From NCBI GenBank assembly GCA_035389045.1, contig DAOORA010000011.1:1-64000 (forward strand): DNA of 64,000 bases, given 5' to 3'. This stretch comes from Bacteroidales bacterium (GTDB taxonomy: Bacteria; Bacteroidota; Bacteroidia; Bacteroidales; CAIWKO01). The notes under the pieces were generated by a model that saw nothing but the letters and a program-made list of their open reading frames with translations, ran no database searches and was not told the DNA's origin. Shown one piece after another: positions 11,370-21,637 of this stretch. The first letter of the stretch is position 1; every line of letters begins with the position of its first letter. Position numbers and translations under genes: made by a program.

Positions 11370-12104
11370 ATGGACTATGCAATAAAACTTGACAATGTAA
11401 CGGTAAGTTATCTGCAAAGCAGAAACGGTGTAACGTCTGTCAAGGAATTTCTTTTAAAAGCCTCTTTTATTAAAATATTCAAAAAGCATCAGGTATTACA
11501 CGATTTTAATCTTGAAATTTCAAAAGGTGAATCTATTGCGTTCCTGGGTCCGAATGGATGCGGAAAAAGCACCCTTTTGCGCACCATTGCAGGCATCGTA
11601 GTCCCCGATAAGGGAACTGTTGACGTCAGAATACCTGTATCTCCACTTCTGTCGCTGGGCGCCGGCGTTGAACTGGAACTCACCGGCTATGACAATATCC
11701 GTATAGCACTGGTTCTTTCCGGAAATTATCATAGGAAGACCCGGCGGGAGATGATCGACAGGATTGCAGAATTTGCAGAACTATCAAGAGAACAACTAAA
11801 AAAACCGGCCAAGATGTTCTCCACCGGTATGCTTGCACGACTTACCTTCAGCAGTCTTATGGTAAACCAGCCGGAGCTGCTCATGATTGATGAAGTACTT
11901 GCTGTGGGCGACTGGGGCTTTCAGATGAAATGCAAAAAACGTATTCATGAAATTATTGATAACGGCGCCACCCTGCTGTTTGTTTCTCATAATCCCAAAG
12001 AAGCCATTGAACTATGCAAACGGGGAATCTGTATCATTGAAGGAAAGAAGATCTTTGACGGAAATATTGATGAAGCAGCAGACATTTACAATAAATTGTT
12101 TTAG
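11370..12104 (+). CDS. wzt: Polysaccharide ABC transporter ATP-binding subunit without C-terminal carbohydrate-binding domain
   Basis: Walker A GPNGCGKSTLL, FSTGM signature, IDEVLAVGD, VSH. Confidence 0.92.
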   Translation: MDYAIKLDNVTVSYLQSRNGVTSVKEFLLKASFIKIFKKHQVLHDFNLEISKGESIAFLGPNGCGKSTLLRTIAGIVVPDKGTVDVRIPVSPLLSLGAGVELELTGYDNIRIALVLSGNYHRKTRREMIDRIAEFAELSREQLKKPAKMFSTGMLARLTFSSLMVNQPELLMIDEVLAVGDWGFQMKCKKRIHEIIDNGATLLFVSHNPKEAIELCKRGICIIEGKKIFDGNIDEAADIYNKLF

Positions 12105-12273
12105 GGCACCTCTATAAACTTCAAATTTCTTCGTTCGTCTTCGTTCTTCAAATCCTTGCGTCCGGCAGCCTCAGCACAGGCATGTAAGCAAAGTACACTA
12201 CGGTTTTCAGAACTTCGACTGCCTCGAACTTTTTTGTTTTAGAGGCGCCCGATCAAGGTTATTAGAGATGCCC
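12104..12273 (+). mobile_element. ~170-bp MITE-like element, family A, copy 2
   Basis: Terminal inverted repeats GGGCACCTCTA / TAGAGATGCCC; the first G is the last base of the wzt TAG stop. Confidence 0.85.
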
Positions 12274-12603
12274 TTCAGATACAATTTGCATAATATTGAC
12301 ATTTTGGCTTATTAAAGAGGGCATTGGGACCCGTCTGTACTAATTCATCCAACGAAGCATTTAGCATTATATCCACGTCAAGGCACATCAGGCGAACTCA
12401 TCGCCAAATTCCTGGTTAATAAGACTAAAAATGTCCGGAACAACCATAGAACGATTACGATTACCGACAGAACCAAGCCATCCAAAAATATTTCGTTTCA
12501 CTCAACTTATTAGCGGTATGATGTTAAAGTGCATTTGTTTCATAAAACATCACCACAAATTACCAAACCAAAACATCTCATAAAATGAATACTTGCGTAT
12601 TAA

Positions 12604-13893
12604 CTACTGCGTTTTGTTGATTTGCTTTATTATTGTTTCACAGCGGTAATCCCAGGTATTTAAGGCGAGTTCTTTTTGAACGGCAGACAAATAAGCCGGA
12701 TCGTTTTTCAACCTGAAGGCCTCACGAATATGTTGTATCAAATCATTGGGATCTCTGGCGATCAGTACGGGTTTGTATTTCCTGATCTCCGGCACATCCG
12801 TTGACACCACGGGCAGATTCATGGCAAAAAACTCAAACAATTTTACCGGCGATATTGCTTTGGTAGCATCATTGATGAGAAAAGGCAGCAGGGCAATATC
12901 AAAACAATGGGCATAAGCCGGTAATTCCGGATAATTTTTTTTACCCAAAAGATAAATATTGGGGAATTTTTTCCAATTATACTCCTGTATACTATGGTCA
13001 TAATCCATGCCTATCAGCACGAAATTATAGTCCGGAAGGTGATCTGCAGCATAATGTATCAGCGCATAGTCGATTTTCCACCTGGAAAAAATGCCATAGT
13101 AGCCCACTATGGGTTTTTTCTGTTCCGTGATACAAGCCATATCGGGTGGAATGCCTGCCCCGTTTTTCAATGTAAAGTCATCGGGAAAAACTGCATTCGG
13201 CACCAGAATGGCGTCAGGCCTTATTTTTATAATTCCGTCAAGAAGAAAATCCGAAGTGGCCGTCACTACTTTGGCGATCTTTAATGACCTGTTATGCTCT
13301 TCGTACATTTTTTTGGTAAAAAAAGTATGTATCTCCAGCTTATCCACATAATCATATATAAATCTGAATTCCTTAAAATACTTCAGATAGTACATATTGA
13401 CGGTATAATTCATATATATCCAGGGATTCTTTATCTTTCGCAGTAATCTTACCCTGGAACAAAGGTATAAGCCGGTGTCGATCTTTTTTATCCCGATGAC
13501 ATTATCGTTTTCAGCGTCCTGTGTGATAAAAACTGATGTCCATCCTGCTCTGGCGAATGCACGGGGCAGGTGATGCGGACGCTGTGTCATATTGTTGTTC
13601 CAACTCATCTGTGGAAGGAAAATGATGACATTATCCGTTTCAGGAACAAACGGCTTGCCCAGCGGGAACCCGTAAAAACGAAGATAATGCGAATGTAATT
13701 TATACCAGGCCCTTTGCGTCGGGGCCGGAAACCTGTGCGAAATCTTAAAAACCGGTTTTAATAATAAGTGTAATGGTTTTAAAAAACAGTTCAACAGAAA
13801 ATTAAGCACAACATATAAGAACTTTTTTATATATTTGACTGTATTATTATTCATGAAGTCCCGATTCCCCATTGCTTTATTATAGAATATCAA
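12604..13893 (-). CDS. GT-B glycosyltransferase (TuaH-like), paralogue 3
   Basis: QRPHHLPRAF, YDYVD, SPVKLFEFFAMNLPVVST. Confidence 0.85.
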   Translation of the reverse strand: MIFYNKAMGNRDFMNNNTVKYIKKFLYVVLNFLLNCFLKPLHLLLKPVFKISHRFPAPTQRAWYKLHSHYLRFYGFPLGKPFVPETDNVIIFLPQMSWNNNMTQRPHHLPRAFARAGWTSVFITQDAENDNVIGIKKIDTGLYLCSRVRLLRKIKNPWIYMNYTVNMYYLKYFKEFRFIYDYVDKLEIHTFFTKKMYEEHNRSLKIAKVVTATSDFLLDGIIKIRPDAILVPNAVFPDDFTLKNGAGIPPDMACITEQKKPIVGYYGIFSRWKIDYALIHYAADHLPDYNFVLIGMDYDHSIQEYNWKKFPNIYLLGKKNYPELPAYAHCFDIALLPFLINDATKAISPVKLFEFFAMNLPVVSTDVPEIRKYKPVLIARDPNDLIQHIREAFRLKNDPAYLSAVQKELALNTWDYRCETIIKQINKTQ

Positions 13894-14173
13894 CTACTGA
13901 AACAACCTTACTTATGCCGGACACCCGGCTGATTTTCACGTAATATTTACGTCTTTTTATTTATTTATAAATAGTTAATAAATATTTAGCTTTATTATCT
14001 GAAAAAATAAGAGTCCTGTACCCGAGATGTTTTGTAGCTGGAGCCGTCATGGAAGCACTCCGGAAAAGGGAGGGCAACAGCGATGAAACTAATATCACGA
14101 ATTAAAAACATCAGGTTCGTCTTGAAAAAATGCATAGCTCAAAACATATATTCAACAAAACGTGTCATAAAAA

Positions 14174-14923
14174 CTAAAAATTCTTCAGTAAAAAGTTCTT
14201 TCCGTCAAGTTCGGCATACGAAAAATGCACCAGCCAGTCGCCCAGGTTGATATAACGGGAGTTTTCGGCTATCTTCAGATCAATGGGCAGATGACGGTGG
14301 CCGAAAACAAACAAATCATAATGCTCCGTTTTTATTTTTTCTTTTGCATAGGCAATAAGCCTTTCGCCTTCCTCTCCCAGATAGATTAAATCATTATCGC
14401 CACGTGCCAGACGGCTGCGGGTGGAAAAATACAAACCCAGTCCGATGGCAAAATTGGGATGCAGCCTGGCAAACAACCACTGGCAGATTTTACTGGCAAA
14501 GATCTTTTTTATCATCTTATAACCATGATCACCCGGACCCAGACCGTCGCCATGACCTATCATCATCGTCAGTCCGTTGATCTCTTTTACAACAGGTTTG
14601 CGTGTAATATCAATACCCAGTTCTCTGGAGAAATAATCAAACATCCACATATCATGGTTGCCGGTAAACAGATGTACCTTTATCCCGCTGTCGGTGAGCT
14701 CGGCAAGTTTACCCAGAAGCCTGGTATATCCTTTGGGAATGACGTTTTTATACTCGAACCAGAAATCGAAAAGATCTCCGAGTATGTAAATCTCTGAGGC
14801 ATCGGTCTGTGCCATCGCCAGCCATTCAATAAATTTTTTTTCCCGCACCAGGCTCCTATGATGATCGGGAATTCCGAAATGACAATCGGAAACGAAATAT
14901 ATTTTATGGTTTGCTACTGTCAA
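14174..14923 (-). CDS. lpxH: UDP-2,3-diacylglucosamine diphosphatase
   Basis: Metallophosphoesterase motifs SDCHFG, GDLFDFW, GNHD, HGDG, FGHRH, NLGDW. Confidence 0.88.
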   Translation of the reverse strand: MTVANHKIYFVSDCHFGIPDHHRSLVREKKFIEWLAMAQTDASEIYILGDLFDFWFEYKNVIPKGYTRLLGKLAELTDSGIKVHLFTGNHDMWMFDYFSRELGIDITRKPVVKEINGLTMMIGHGDGLGPGDHGYKMIKKIFASKICQWLFARLHPNFAIGLGLYFSTRSRLARGDNDLIYLGEEGERLIAYAKEKIKTEHYDLFVFGHRHLPIDLKIAENSRYINLGDWLVHFSYAELDGKNFLLKNF

Positions 14924-16107
14924 GGCTTAAAGATTTTGTATAACCATTGCGGCAGCTCCTCCGTGGTGATGCCTCTTTTTAATATGCGGCCATCCCTGCC
15001 GATAAGCACAGCGTACGGGATATTGTCAATGCAGTAATCCCTCACCACGGGCGAATCCCAGCCCAGCAAGTCGCTGGCATTGATCCATCCCGGATTATGT
15101 TCACGGACGGCAAACTCCCAGTCGCGGCGGTTTTTATCGAGCGAAACCGCATAAACCTGAAAACCTTTTTCGCGGTAATTCTTGTAGGTCCATTTCAGTT
15201 GTTTCAGCACGCTGATACTCGGCGGACTCAAAGCCGCCCAAAAGAATATAAGGATTACTCTTCCTTTCAGCGATGATAAAGACTGAGGATAACCGCCAAT
15301 GTTGTTCATTTTAATATCCGGCGCCGTCATTCCGGAATCGAGCCTGGCCAGTAGCTGTAATTTTTCAGCTTTCGCCTTTTCTATATTTTCTACACGGGTA
15401 TGCAGTTCAAGAACATATTCGTTACCGGGATAGATCAGGAACAAGGTGCTGTCGAGCATTTTAAAAACGCCGAAATGATCCCGTTCGTTGAGCACTTTCT
15501 GTCTTCCAAAAACCTGATAGAGCGCCACAAGCGATGCCAGAGAAGTCCGGTTCTTCCTGATAAAATCCTGTACATAACGGCGCTGATCCTCAAAGACACA
15601 CTCATAAGCCGAATCCAGCTGCTGTTTGATCCCGGCAAAGTTGGCACTGTCGTGGTAAAGAATCTGTAGTTTATACAGAGAATCTGTTTTTGATGAGTTT
15701 TTACGTGTATAATTATTCAGTTCACAAAGCAGCGCAGAACCCTTTGACCCTGAAACGGAGTAATCGGTGGCAAGCTGGCGGGCATCACCGTTCATCTCTA
15801 TTTGTTCACCTTTGTTGGCCAACAGGGTGATGAAATTATCGCTGCCGATCTTCAACAGATAAAAACTGATAGCCGGAGGTGTGTATTTAAAGGTAAATTC
15901 CCCGTTTTCATCAATAGTCACTGAATCCAATGATTTGATGCTGTCCACTTTCAGTTGCTGAAGAATGATCTTTTCGCCAAGGGAGCTTTTCAGTTTTCCG
16001 TGAATGACAAACTCATCCGAAGGTTTGTCGCCGTTGCCGCATCGGGTTAGTAACAGACATGCAGCCACAACACCGCAAAAAACAACGAAAAATCTCCTGA
16101 AAAGCAT
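14920..16107 (-). CDS. DUF4369 + TlpA/AhpC-TSA thioredoxin-fold lipoprotein lacking CxxC
   Basis: Lipoprotein-like signal; APDI...SLSSLKGRVILIFFWAALSPPS; VSLD; IPYAVLIGRDG. Confidence 0.8.
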   Translation of the reverse strand: MLFRRFFVVFCGVVAACLLLTRCGNGDKPSDEFVIHGKLKSSLGEKIILQQLKVDSIKSLDSVTIDENGEFTFKYTPPAISFYLLKIGSDNFITLLANKGEQIEMNGDARQLATDYSVSGSKGSALLCELNNYTRKNSSKTDSLYKLQILYHDSANFAGIKQQLDSAYECVFEDQRRYVQDFIRKNRTSLASLVALYQVFGRQKVLNERDHFGVFKMLDSTLFLIYPGNEYVLELHTRVENIEKAKAEKLQLLARLDSGMTAPDIKMNNIGGYPQSLSSLKGRVILIFFWAALSPPSISVLKQLKWTYKNYREKGFQVYAVSLDKNRRDWEFAVREHNPGWINASDLLGWDSPVVRDYCIDNIPYAVLIGRDGRILKRGITTEELPQWLYKIFKP

Positions 16108-16115
16108 GGTAGCTG

Positions 16116-16733
16116 TTATTTCTTTTCTTCTGATTTAATACTGCCGGGAACAAAAACATTGGTTTTAGGCGTATAGGTTATCACCAGCGTCCCTATCCTG
16201 TTGTCGAGACCCATCACCGGACACACAGAAACCATGTCGCCGCTTTCGTCCGAGCGGGTGACCACCTCGTTGATCTGCGCCAGTTCACTTGCTATGGGGC
16301 CGGGATACACCACCCCTTCATATTTTTTGTTTGTTGAACGGACAACGATGCCCTCCGTGTTGATCACCGAAATAATGTGCATGCCTTCCATCCTGACAAG
16401 GTCTTCCATATAGGTGTTGATCTGCTCCAGGTTGCTGCGCAGCATTTCGGAGCGAACCGCCCAGGTAAATACGCGGGTGACCACTTCAATGTTCTTCCGG
16501 TTGTTTTGATCAATGGTACTGTTGGCCTGAGCGGTAATTTCTGTAATGCGGTTATCGTAATCTTTTTTCAGGTTTCTGATCTCGGCCTGTTTCCACAGAT
16601 ATATCCCCAACGGAATAACAATCATCAGTGCTATAATAATGATGATAACGATGGTTTGCGCGTTTAATCCTTTTTTCTTTGGCTGGTCAACGCCAGTATC
16701 TGGTGTTTCACTGGTTTTTACTTCCTGTTCCAT
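16116..16733 (-). CDS. Hypothetical single-pass membrane protein with coiled coil
   Basis: 205-aa ORF with one hydrophobic helix; co-oriented and closely spaced with the downstream genes. Confidence 0.75.
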   Translation of the reverse strand: MEQEVKTSETPDTGVDQPKKKGLNAQTIVIIIIIALMIVIPLGIYLWKQAEIRNLKKDYDNRITEITAQANSTIDQNNRKNIEVVTRVFTWAVRSEMLRSNLEQINTYMEDLVRMEGMHIISVINTEGIVVRSTNKKYEGVVYPGPIASELAQINEVVTRSDESGDMVSVCPVMGLDNRIGTLVITYTPKTNVFVPGSIKSEEKK

Positions 16734-16885
16734 GATTAAAAATTTTAATACAAAGCTAACCTATTTAGGTTAATTAAAAATAAATTTATGACTAAAAGAA
16801 CGGCACTAACAAACAATTCATGTGTTATTATTTATCTGATAAAGAAACAGATGCATGATATCTTATGTACTTTGGGAAATATTTT

Positions 16886-16915
16886 TTTGCTTATAAAAAA
16901 TTTTTTATATCTTTG
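16886..16915 (+). promoter_or_regulatory. Bacteroidota sigma70-type promoter of tRNA-Cys
   Basis: TTTG (16886-16889) and TATCTTTG (16908-16915) match the TTTG/TAnnTTTG consensus. Confidence 0.7.
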
Positions 16916-16927
16916 CCGTTCCTCAAA

Positions 16928-16998
16928 GGTACTATGGCCGAGTGGCTAGGCAGAGGTCTGCAAAACCTCCTACAGCGGTTCGAATCCGCTTGGTACCT
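16928..16998 (+). tRNA. tRNA-Cys(GCA)
   Basis: Acceptor GGTACTA/TGGTACC, anticodon arm GAGGT-CTGCAAA-ACCTC, T-loop GGTTCGAATCC. Confidence 0.97.
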
Positions 16999-17000
16999 CA

Positions 17001-17027
17001 AAAAAACGCCAAAGGCGTTTTTTTTTA
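17001..17027 (+). terminator. Intrinsic terminator after tRNA-Cys (possibly bidirectional)
   Basis: AAAAAACGCC-AAA-GGCGTTTTTT followed by more T. Confidence 0.8.
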
Positions 17028-17085
17028 TTTTGGCCATCCCCAATCATTATTCAACCGGCAGTGTCACCCCCCCCACGAACATCTT

Positions 17086-17871
17086 TCATCCCGAGTGTGA
17101 GCACAACACCATATATTTTTGAGTAGTATTCATCTCGGTTTTGTATTTCTCTGCATCATGAATCATCCAGCCTTGTTCAATCAGCACAAATCCGGCTTCA
17201 GTGCCAGATTGTATTATGGTGGCCTCCCGGGCATAGGCATTTATTATTGTTTCTATTAATATTCCGCCCGGGTTCAATAATTTGTAAAACGATTGGAATG
17301 TCCGGCTTATCAGTTCACAAGAGGCGCCTCTCAGGCCATTTTGGTTGAGAATGATGTCGAAGGTGCCGTGTCTTTCAGAAAGGCTGGTGTCATTCCAGTT
17401 ACACAACTCATACTCAGCTTTTCCTCCGGGCTTGTAATGCTTTTTAATCTCGCTGTTGTAATCAACAAAGATCTGTTTGTTATAATCATCCGGGTCGGTG
17501 ATAAAATAATAAAACTCGCCTTTAAAACACCCTTTCTGATATTGTTCTGCAAAGCAGAGCGCCAGGTCTTGTTCGCGTACCTCCCTCGACTTACAGGTTT
17601 TAATGGCAAGCGGCGAAACATCAACGCCTACCACCTGATGCCCAAACCGGGCGGCCAGGTCGGGTAAAAATGAATTTCCGCAACCGGCGTCGAGGATTTT
17701 CAAGGGTTCCTCACTGTTGAGTTTTTCGATGGTTTTCAACAGATAACGCGGATCCCGGTACAGAGACCATCTGTAAGAAAAATCATCTTCATCGGAATAG
17801 ATTTTGTCCCACACTACAGGACTTTCCCACTCATTGTTTTCCCAAATATATTTGGATTCTTCGTTGGTCAT
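17086..17871 (-). CDS. Class I SAM-dependent methyltransferase
   Basis: KILDAGCGNS, VVGVDVS, FDII, LLNPGGILI. Confidence 0.85.
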   Translation of the reverse strand: MTNEESKYIWENNEWESPVVWDKIYSDEDDFSYRWSLYRDPRYLLKTIEKLNSEEPLKILDAGCGNSFLPDLAARFGHQVVGVDVSPLAIKTCKSREVREQDLALCFAEQYQKGCFKGEFYYFITDPDDYNKQIFVDYNSEIKKHYKPGGKAEYELCNWNDTSLSERHGTFDIILNQNGLRGASCELISRTFQSFYKLLNPGGILIETIINAYAREATIIQSGTEAGFVLIEQGWMIHDAEKYKTEMNTTQKYMVLCSHSG

Positions 17872-17895
17872 TCCTTTCTATTTTTATTCTAATGA

Positions 17896-18390
17896 TTATT
17901 TTAAATTCTTTTTTGAACAGATTGTTTTTAAAAGGTCTTTTAATGCTGTATCATCAGTCTCGCCCAAATATCGTTTTATAGGAATTACTATTGTAAAACC
18001 TGATTTTATTTTAATTTGATCCGGTGAATCGTCAATGACTATTATTTTTTCATGCGATATCACCTTATTTATATCTTTTTCATAATATCTTTTCATGTGT
18101 GAAAAAAGTCCGGGCTGTTTTATTACTGACCTGCAATTTTTTCTTGTTTTAATAAAGCTAAACGTGGAAAGTCCGGTTAAATTTCCAAGAATATATTTGA
18201 CATATTCCGCCCGGGCTGAAGACCAAACAGCCACATCATAATTTTTAAAACACGCTTCAAGAAATTCTTTAAGATATGGCCGGAAATATATACAAATTCC
18301 CCGAAACTTCAAATCAGCCGACCTTTGTATTTCTTGATATGAAGAATGCAATAAAGTCTCGTCTATGTCTAATATTAGAAGTGTTTTCAT
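17896..18390 (-). CDS. HAD-superfamily phosphatase, NIF/FCP1-like
   Basis: LDIDETLLHS (DxDxT), RPYLKEFL, VWSSA, EKD, IDDSP. Confidence 0.88.
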   Translation of the reverse strand: MKTLLILDIDETLLHSSYQEIQRSADLKFRGICIYFRPYLKEFLEACFKNYDVAVWSSARAEYVKYILGNLTGLSTFSFIKTRKNCRSVIKQPGLFSHMKRYYEKDINKVISHEKIIVIDDSPDQIKIKSGFTIVIPIKRYLGETDDTALKDLLKTICSKKNLK

Positions 18391-18470
18391 TGGCTTTAAA
18401 TAATTATTTTGGAAAATTTATTCAGATTTTCAAGAATAATAGTTTTTCTTCGTATAGCAGTTTTTAGATC

Positions 18471-18884
18471 TTAAACTAAGATTTTCAGGCCGGTTTTTTT
18501 TATTACTTCTATTATTCCTTCAGGTAATGCCTTTCCGGTCAGATAAATACCTTCAGAACAGATTTTTTTATTGAACCGCAGAGGCGTATTTTCAAGAATA
18601 TCCTTTATTACTGCAATCATCACGGTCATATTTATGTCTGCCGCATTGGGTACTGTTTTACAGTAGATAATGCCACCACTGGCTATAACTCCAATTTCAA
18701 TAAAATTTTCTTCGAAATTTATTATCATATTTTGATCATCAAAGACATCAATGTTAAACCCCACAGCTGCCGCCATTAAAGTGTAAATAATTAATACCTG
18801 TTCCGTTTTATTATTTAATAAAGCGTTTTTTATTTCTTTTATTTCAATGTCATTCATACTGCATGGGGTAAGAAATGTTTTCAT
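18471..18884 (-). CDS. Hypothetical protein
   Basis: 137-aa ORF in a co-oriented gene run; no motif recognised. Confidence 0.6.
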   Translation of the reverse strand: MKTFLTPCSMNDIEIKEIKNALLNNKTEQVLIIYTLMAAAVGFNIDVFDDQNMIINFEENFIEIGVIASGGIIYCKTVPNAADINMTVMIAVIKDILENTPLRFNKKICSEGIYLTGKALPEGIIEVIKKTGLKILV

Positions 18885-18914
18885 ATTAAACTGTTAAAAA
18901 TTGAATAACTAACC

Positions 18915-19469
18915 CTAATGAAAAATGTCGATCTTATTATAATATACTTCGGGATACCCAAATATTAATGCACAAATAATGGGAATTGCTATTATTAGAA
19001 GTAATTGAATACCTGTGAGAACAAAATAAAGCTTTTCTTTTACTTTGGTTAAATAAAAAAATACGATACCTGGTAACATACTACCTAAAAAGGAAACAAT
19101 TAAGGCACTTTGAATTCTTATGTTAGCGTCTATATGTATCCTGCTCCTATACCACACAGCACCTAGTGACCCGTATGGATTATTATTTGCGTTTAGCCAA
19201 CCAAGTATGAAAAAAATGCAAAAAACAAGAGTTCCAAGTATGATAAAACAGTATTGATACAGTTTTTCAGAATAATCTTTTTTTGAAGTGCAGAACAATA
19301 CGAAAAAACTAAGTAACCCAAAAAAAAATCCGGCCCAGAATGAAACACTATATGGTAGCCAATAATGATAACATAAAAACGATGACAAAATCCCGGCACA
19401 AAAAAAACAACAAACCCCAGAAACTATGAAGAAAATCAATTGCCTCATTTTAAAGACTATCTTTTTCAT
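18915..19469 (-). CDS. Hypothetical multi-pass membrane protein
   Basis: About five hydrophobic segments. Confidence 0.7.
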   Translation of the reverse strand: MKKIVFKMRQLIFFIVSGVCCFFCAGILSSFLCYHYWLPYSVSFWAGFFFGLLSFFVLFCTSKKDYSEKLYQYCFIILGTLVFCIFFILGWLNANNNPYGSLGAVWYRSRIHIDANIRIQSALIVSFLGSMLPGIVFFYLTKVKEKLYFVLTGIQLLLIIAIPIICALIFGYPEVYYNKIDIFH

Positions 19470-19528
19470 TATTTGGTTTTTTTATTTTACTTGTCGTGCC
19501 ATTTTTTATATTTAACCGGTTTTATATT

Positions 19529-21562
19529 TTACTTTATGAATTTATAATTAAATACACCCTGTTTATTATGTAAACTCAGCAAATATATGCCTTTTGATAA
19601 TTTGCTCAAATCCACGTCTGTTTGAGGCTTTTCAATCGGCTCTTTTATCAAGGCCTTTCCCTGCAAGTCAAAAACAGTCAGAGCATATGGAAATGATGTC
19701 CTGGCAATAATTGTTACCTTATCGTACGTAAAAATAAAACTAAAATCATTATTGACATCCCTTGAATTCAAACCCACATAACAAGAATCGACAGTTATTT
19801 CGACAGAGTCAGATCCGGTGCAGTATATACCTGAGTATGTATAAGTGATCGTGTGATTGCCTGCACCAGCTAAAGCAGGGGTAAAAACACCGTTGCTAAC
19901 ACCATCGCCGCTGTAAATGCCACCTGCAGGGCTACCGCCTGAAAGCAGGAACGGGGGAGTGTTCAGGCAAAAATTACTGTAACTGCCAAGTGAAACTTCC
20001 GGAAATTGTCTTACAAAAACATATTTTGCCTGGCTGGCGCCGGAACATCCGTTAGTATCCGTGTAATGCACCCCCACGGAAGCATATGAGCCATATAAAA
20101 TCCATTTCACAGCGATATAATCATCATTTGCACCGCCTCCGTATACAGGTGATCCCATATAACTCACATTCCACGTGTAATTTGTATTACCCGGCTGAGT
20201 ATGGTAAAGCACGATTTCATTCTGACAAGCTGTGTCCGGTCCGCTGATTGTTGGAACGGGTTTGGGAGTTACATGTATTATAACCGGAACTTTCGCACTA
20301 TGATACCCCGAAGAATCTACAGACATCCAAACCGTGTCTGTAACGTTTGAATAGTAAGTATATGATGTTATAAAATGCACACCGGTCAGATCGTATTCTG
20401 ACTGATATAACTCATATTGAGCCCCGTTTGAAACGCCGGAAGGCGTGATAACCGGATTAATATTTGAACAAATGAAGATATCATTACATATCGGAGGTTT
20501 CACACGAGGTGTATTCCTGAATTTTAAAAGAAATACATCCGTATTGGGAGATAAATTGCAACAACCCGAACATATAAATCCGCCATCGGCTGTTTGCTCA
20601 ATGGAATATGCCGTACCGTTTATAAGCTTATGCCATAGAATTTGTCCGTTGGTATCGGTTTTTAATATCACTTTGTTTCCGCATATAATAATCCCATGAT
20701 CTGTAGTGGAAGCAATTGAATAAGCACAGTTATTATTAAAATATTTTTTTTGCCAGTTTACTGTACCATTTAATTCTGTTTTTGTAACTGATAGTCGGTT
20801 GCCTGCCGAACCACAAATTAAATAACCAGAATTTGTGGAAAGGACAGAATATCCAGAACCATGATTGTTTAACGGGTATTTTTTTAACCAGGCAGTATCC
20901 CCATTGGTATCGGTTTTCATCAAAAACATATTATAATATCCGTTAGATGCGGTATAATAACCACTGATAACATATCCTCCGGGTACCTGTTTAACACAAC
21001 GACCCGTCTGGGTAGATTCATTTCCATATGTTTTTTGCCATTGAGTATTTCCTGAAGCATCTGTTTTAATCATGTATATTTGACTATTTCCTGCACAACC
21101 TGTGATTACAAATCCGTTATCTGCCGTTTCTGCTAAAGAATATCCATAGTTCCACAGCCCGCCATAAGAAAATGATTTACTCCATTGAAGAGTTCCTGCT
21201 GAATCTAGTTTTATAAGAGCAACACGAAAAGCTGCATTATTGTTCAAATTATCCTGCCCCGCAATAACATACCCGCCATCACTACTCTGTAAAACAGAAT
21301 AACCATTGTTCCAGCCACCGCCCGGATGTTGATATGACCAGAGAATACTCCCGTTTTCATTGGTCTTAATAAAATAAATCCGGCTATTGTAATTTCCATT
21401 GTCATTGTAACCTCCAATTAAATACCCCCCATCAGTAGTTTGCTTAACACTCATTCCTGATTCGTTGCCTGATTCGTGATAGATACTGTCAAAAATGGTC
21501 TGCCCCCTTGCTTGATTAATAATGCAGAAAGTCAAAATGATTAATAAAAATTTGTTTTTCAT
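19529..21562 (-). CDS. T9SS-secreted beta-propeller-repeat / Ig-like protein
   Basis: Signal peptide; repeated SVxQTxDGGYxIxG...LxKxDxxGxxxW units; C-terminal DLSKLSKGIYLL...KFIK CTD. Confidence 0.85.
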   Translation of the reverse strand: MKNKFLLIILTFCIINQARGQTIFDSIYHESGNESGMSVKQTTDGGYLIGGYNDNGNYNSRIYFIKTNENGSILWSYQHPGGGWNNGYSVLQSSDGGYVIAGQDNLNNNAAFRVALIKLDSAGTLQWSKSFSYGGLWNYGYSLAETADNGFVITGCAGNSQIYMIKTDASGNTQWQKTYGNESTQTGRCVKQVPGGYVISGYYTASNGYYNMFLMKTDTNGDTAWLKKYPLNNHGSGYSVLSTNSGYLICGSAGNRLSVTKTELNGTVNWQKKYFNNNCAYSIASTTDHGIIICGNKVILKTDTNGQILWHKLINGTAYSIEQTADGGFICSGCCNLSPNTDVFLLKFRNTPRVKPPICNDIFICSNINPVITPSGVSNGAQYELYQSEYDLTGVHFITSYTYYSNVTDTVWMSVDSSGYHSAKVPVIIHVTPKPVPTISGPDTACQNEIVLYHTQPGNTNYTWNVSYMGSPVYGGGANDDYIAVKWILYGSYASVGVHYTDTNGCSGASQAKYVFVRQFPEVSLGSYSNFCLNTPPFLLSGGSPAGGIYSGDGVSNGVFTPALAGAGNHTITYTYSGIYCTGSDSVEITVDSCYVGLNSRDVNNDFSFIFTYDKVTIIARTSFPYALTVFDLQGKALIKEPIEKPQTDVDLSKLSKGIYLLSLHNKQGVFNYKFIK

Positions 21563-21637
21563 TTTTTATCCCTCCATTTGATTTAATTTATAATACAGTT
21601 TAATATTATTACAATAATTTTTATAGCCATCCTATGT

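Noticed and set aside
13900..14170. Riboswitch or ncRNA in the GC-richer intergenic patch
   Set aside because: No conserved riboswitch core recognised; an Rfam search would be needed.
16865..17122. 85-aa ORF
   Set aside because: Overlaps tRNA-Cys and its terminator; spurious.
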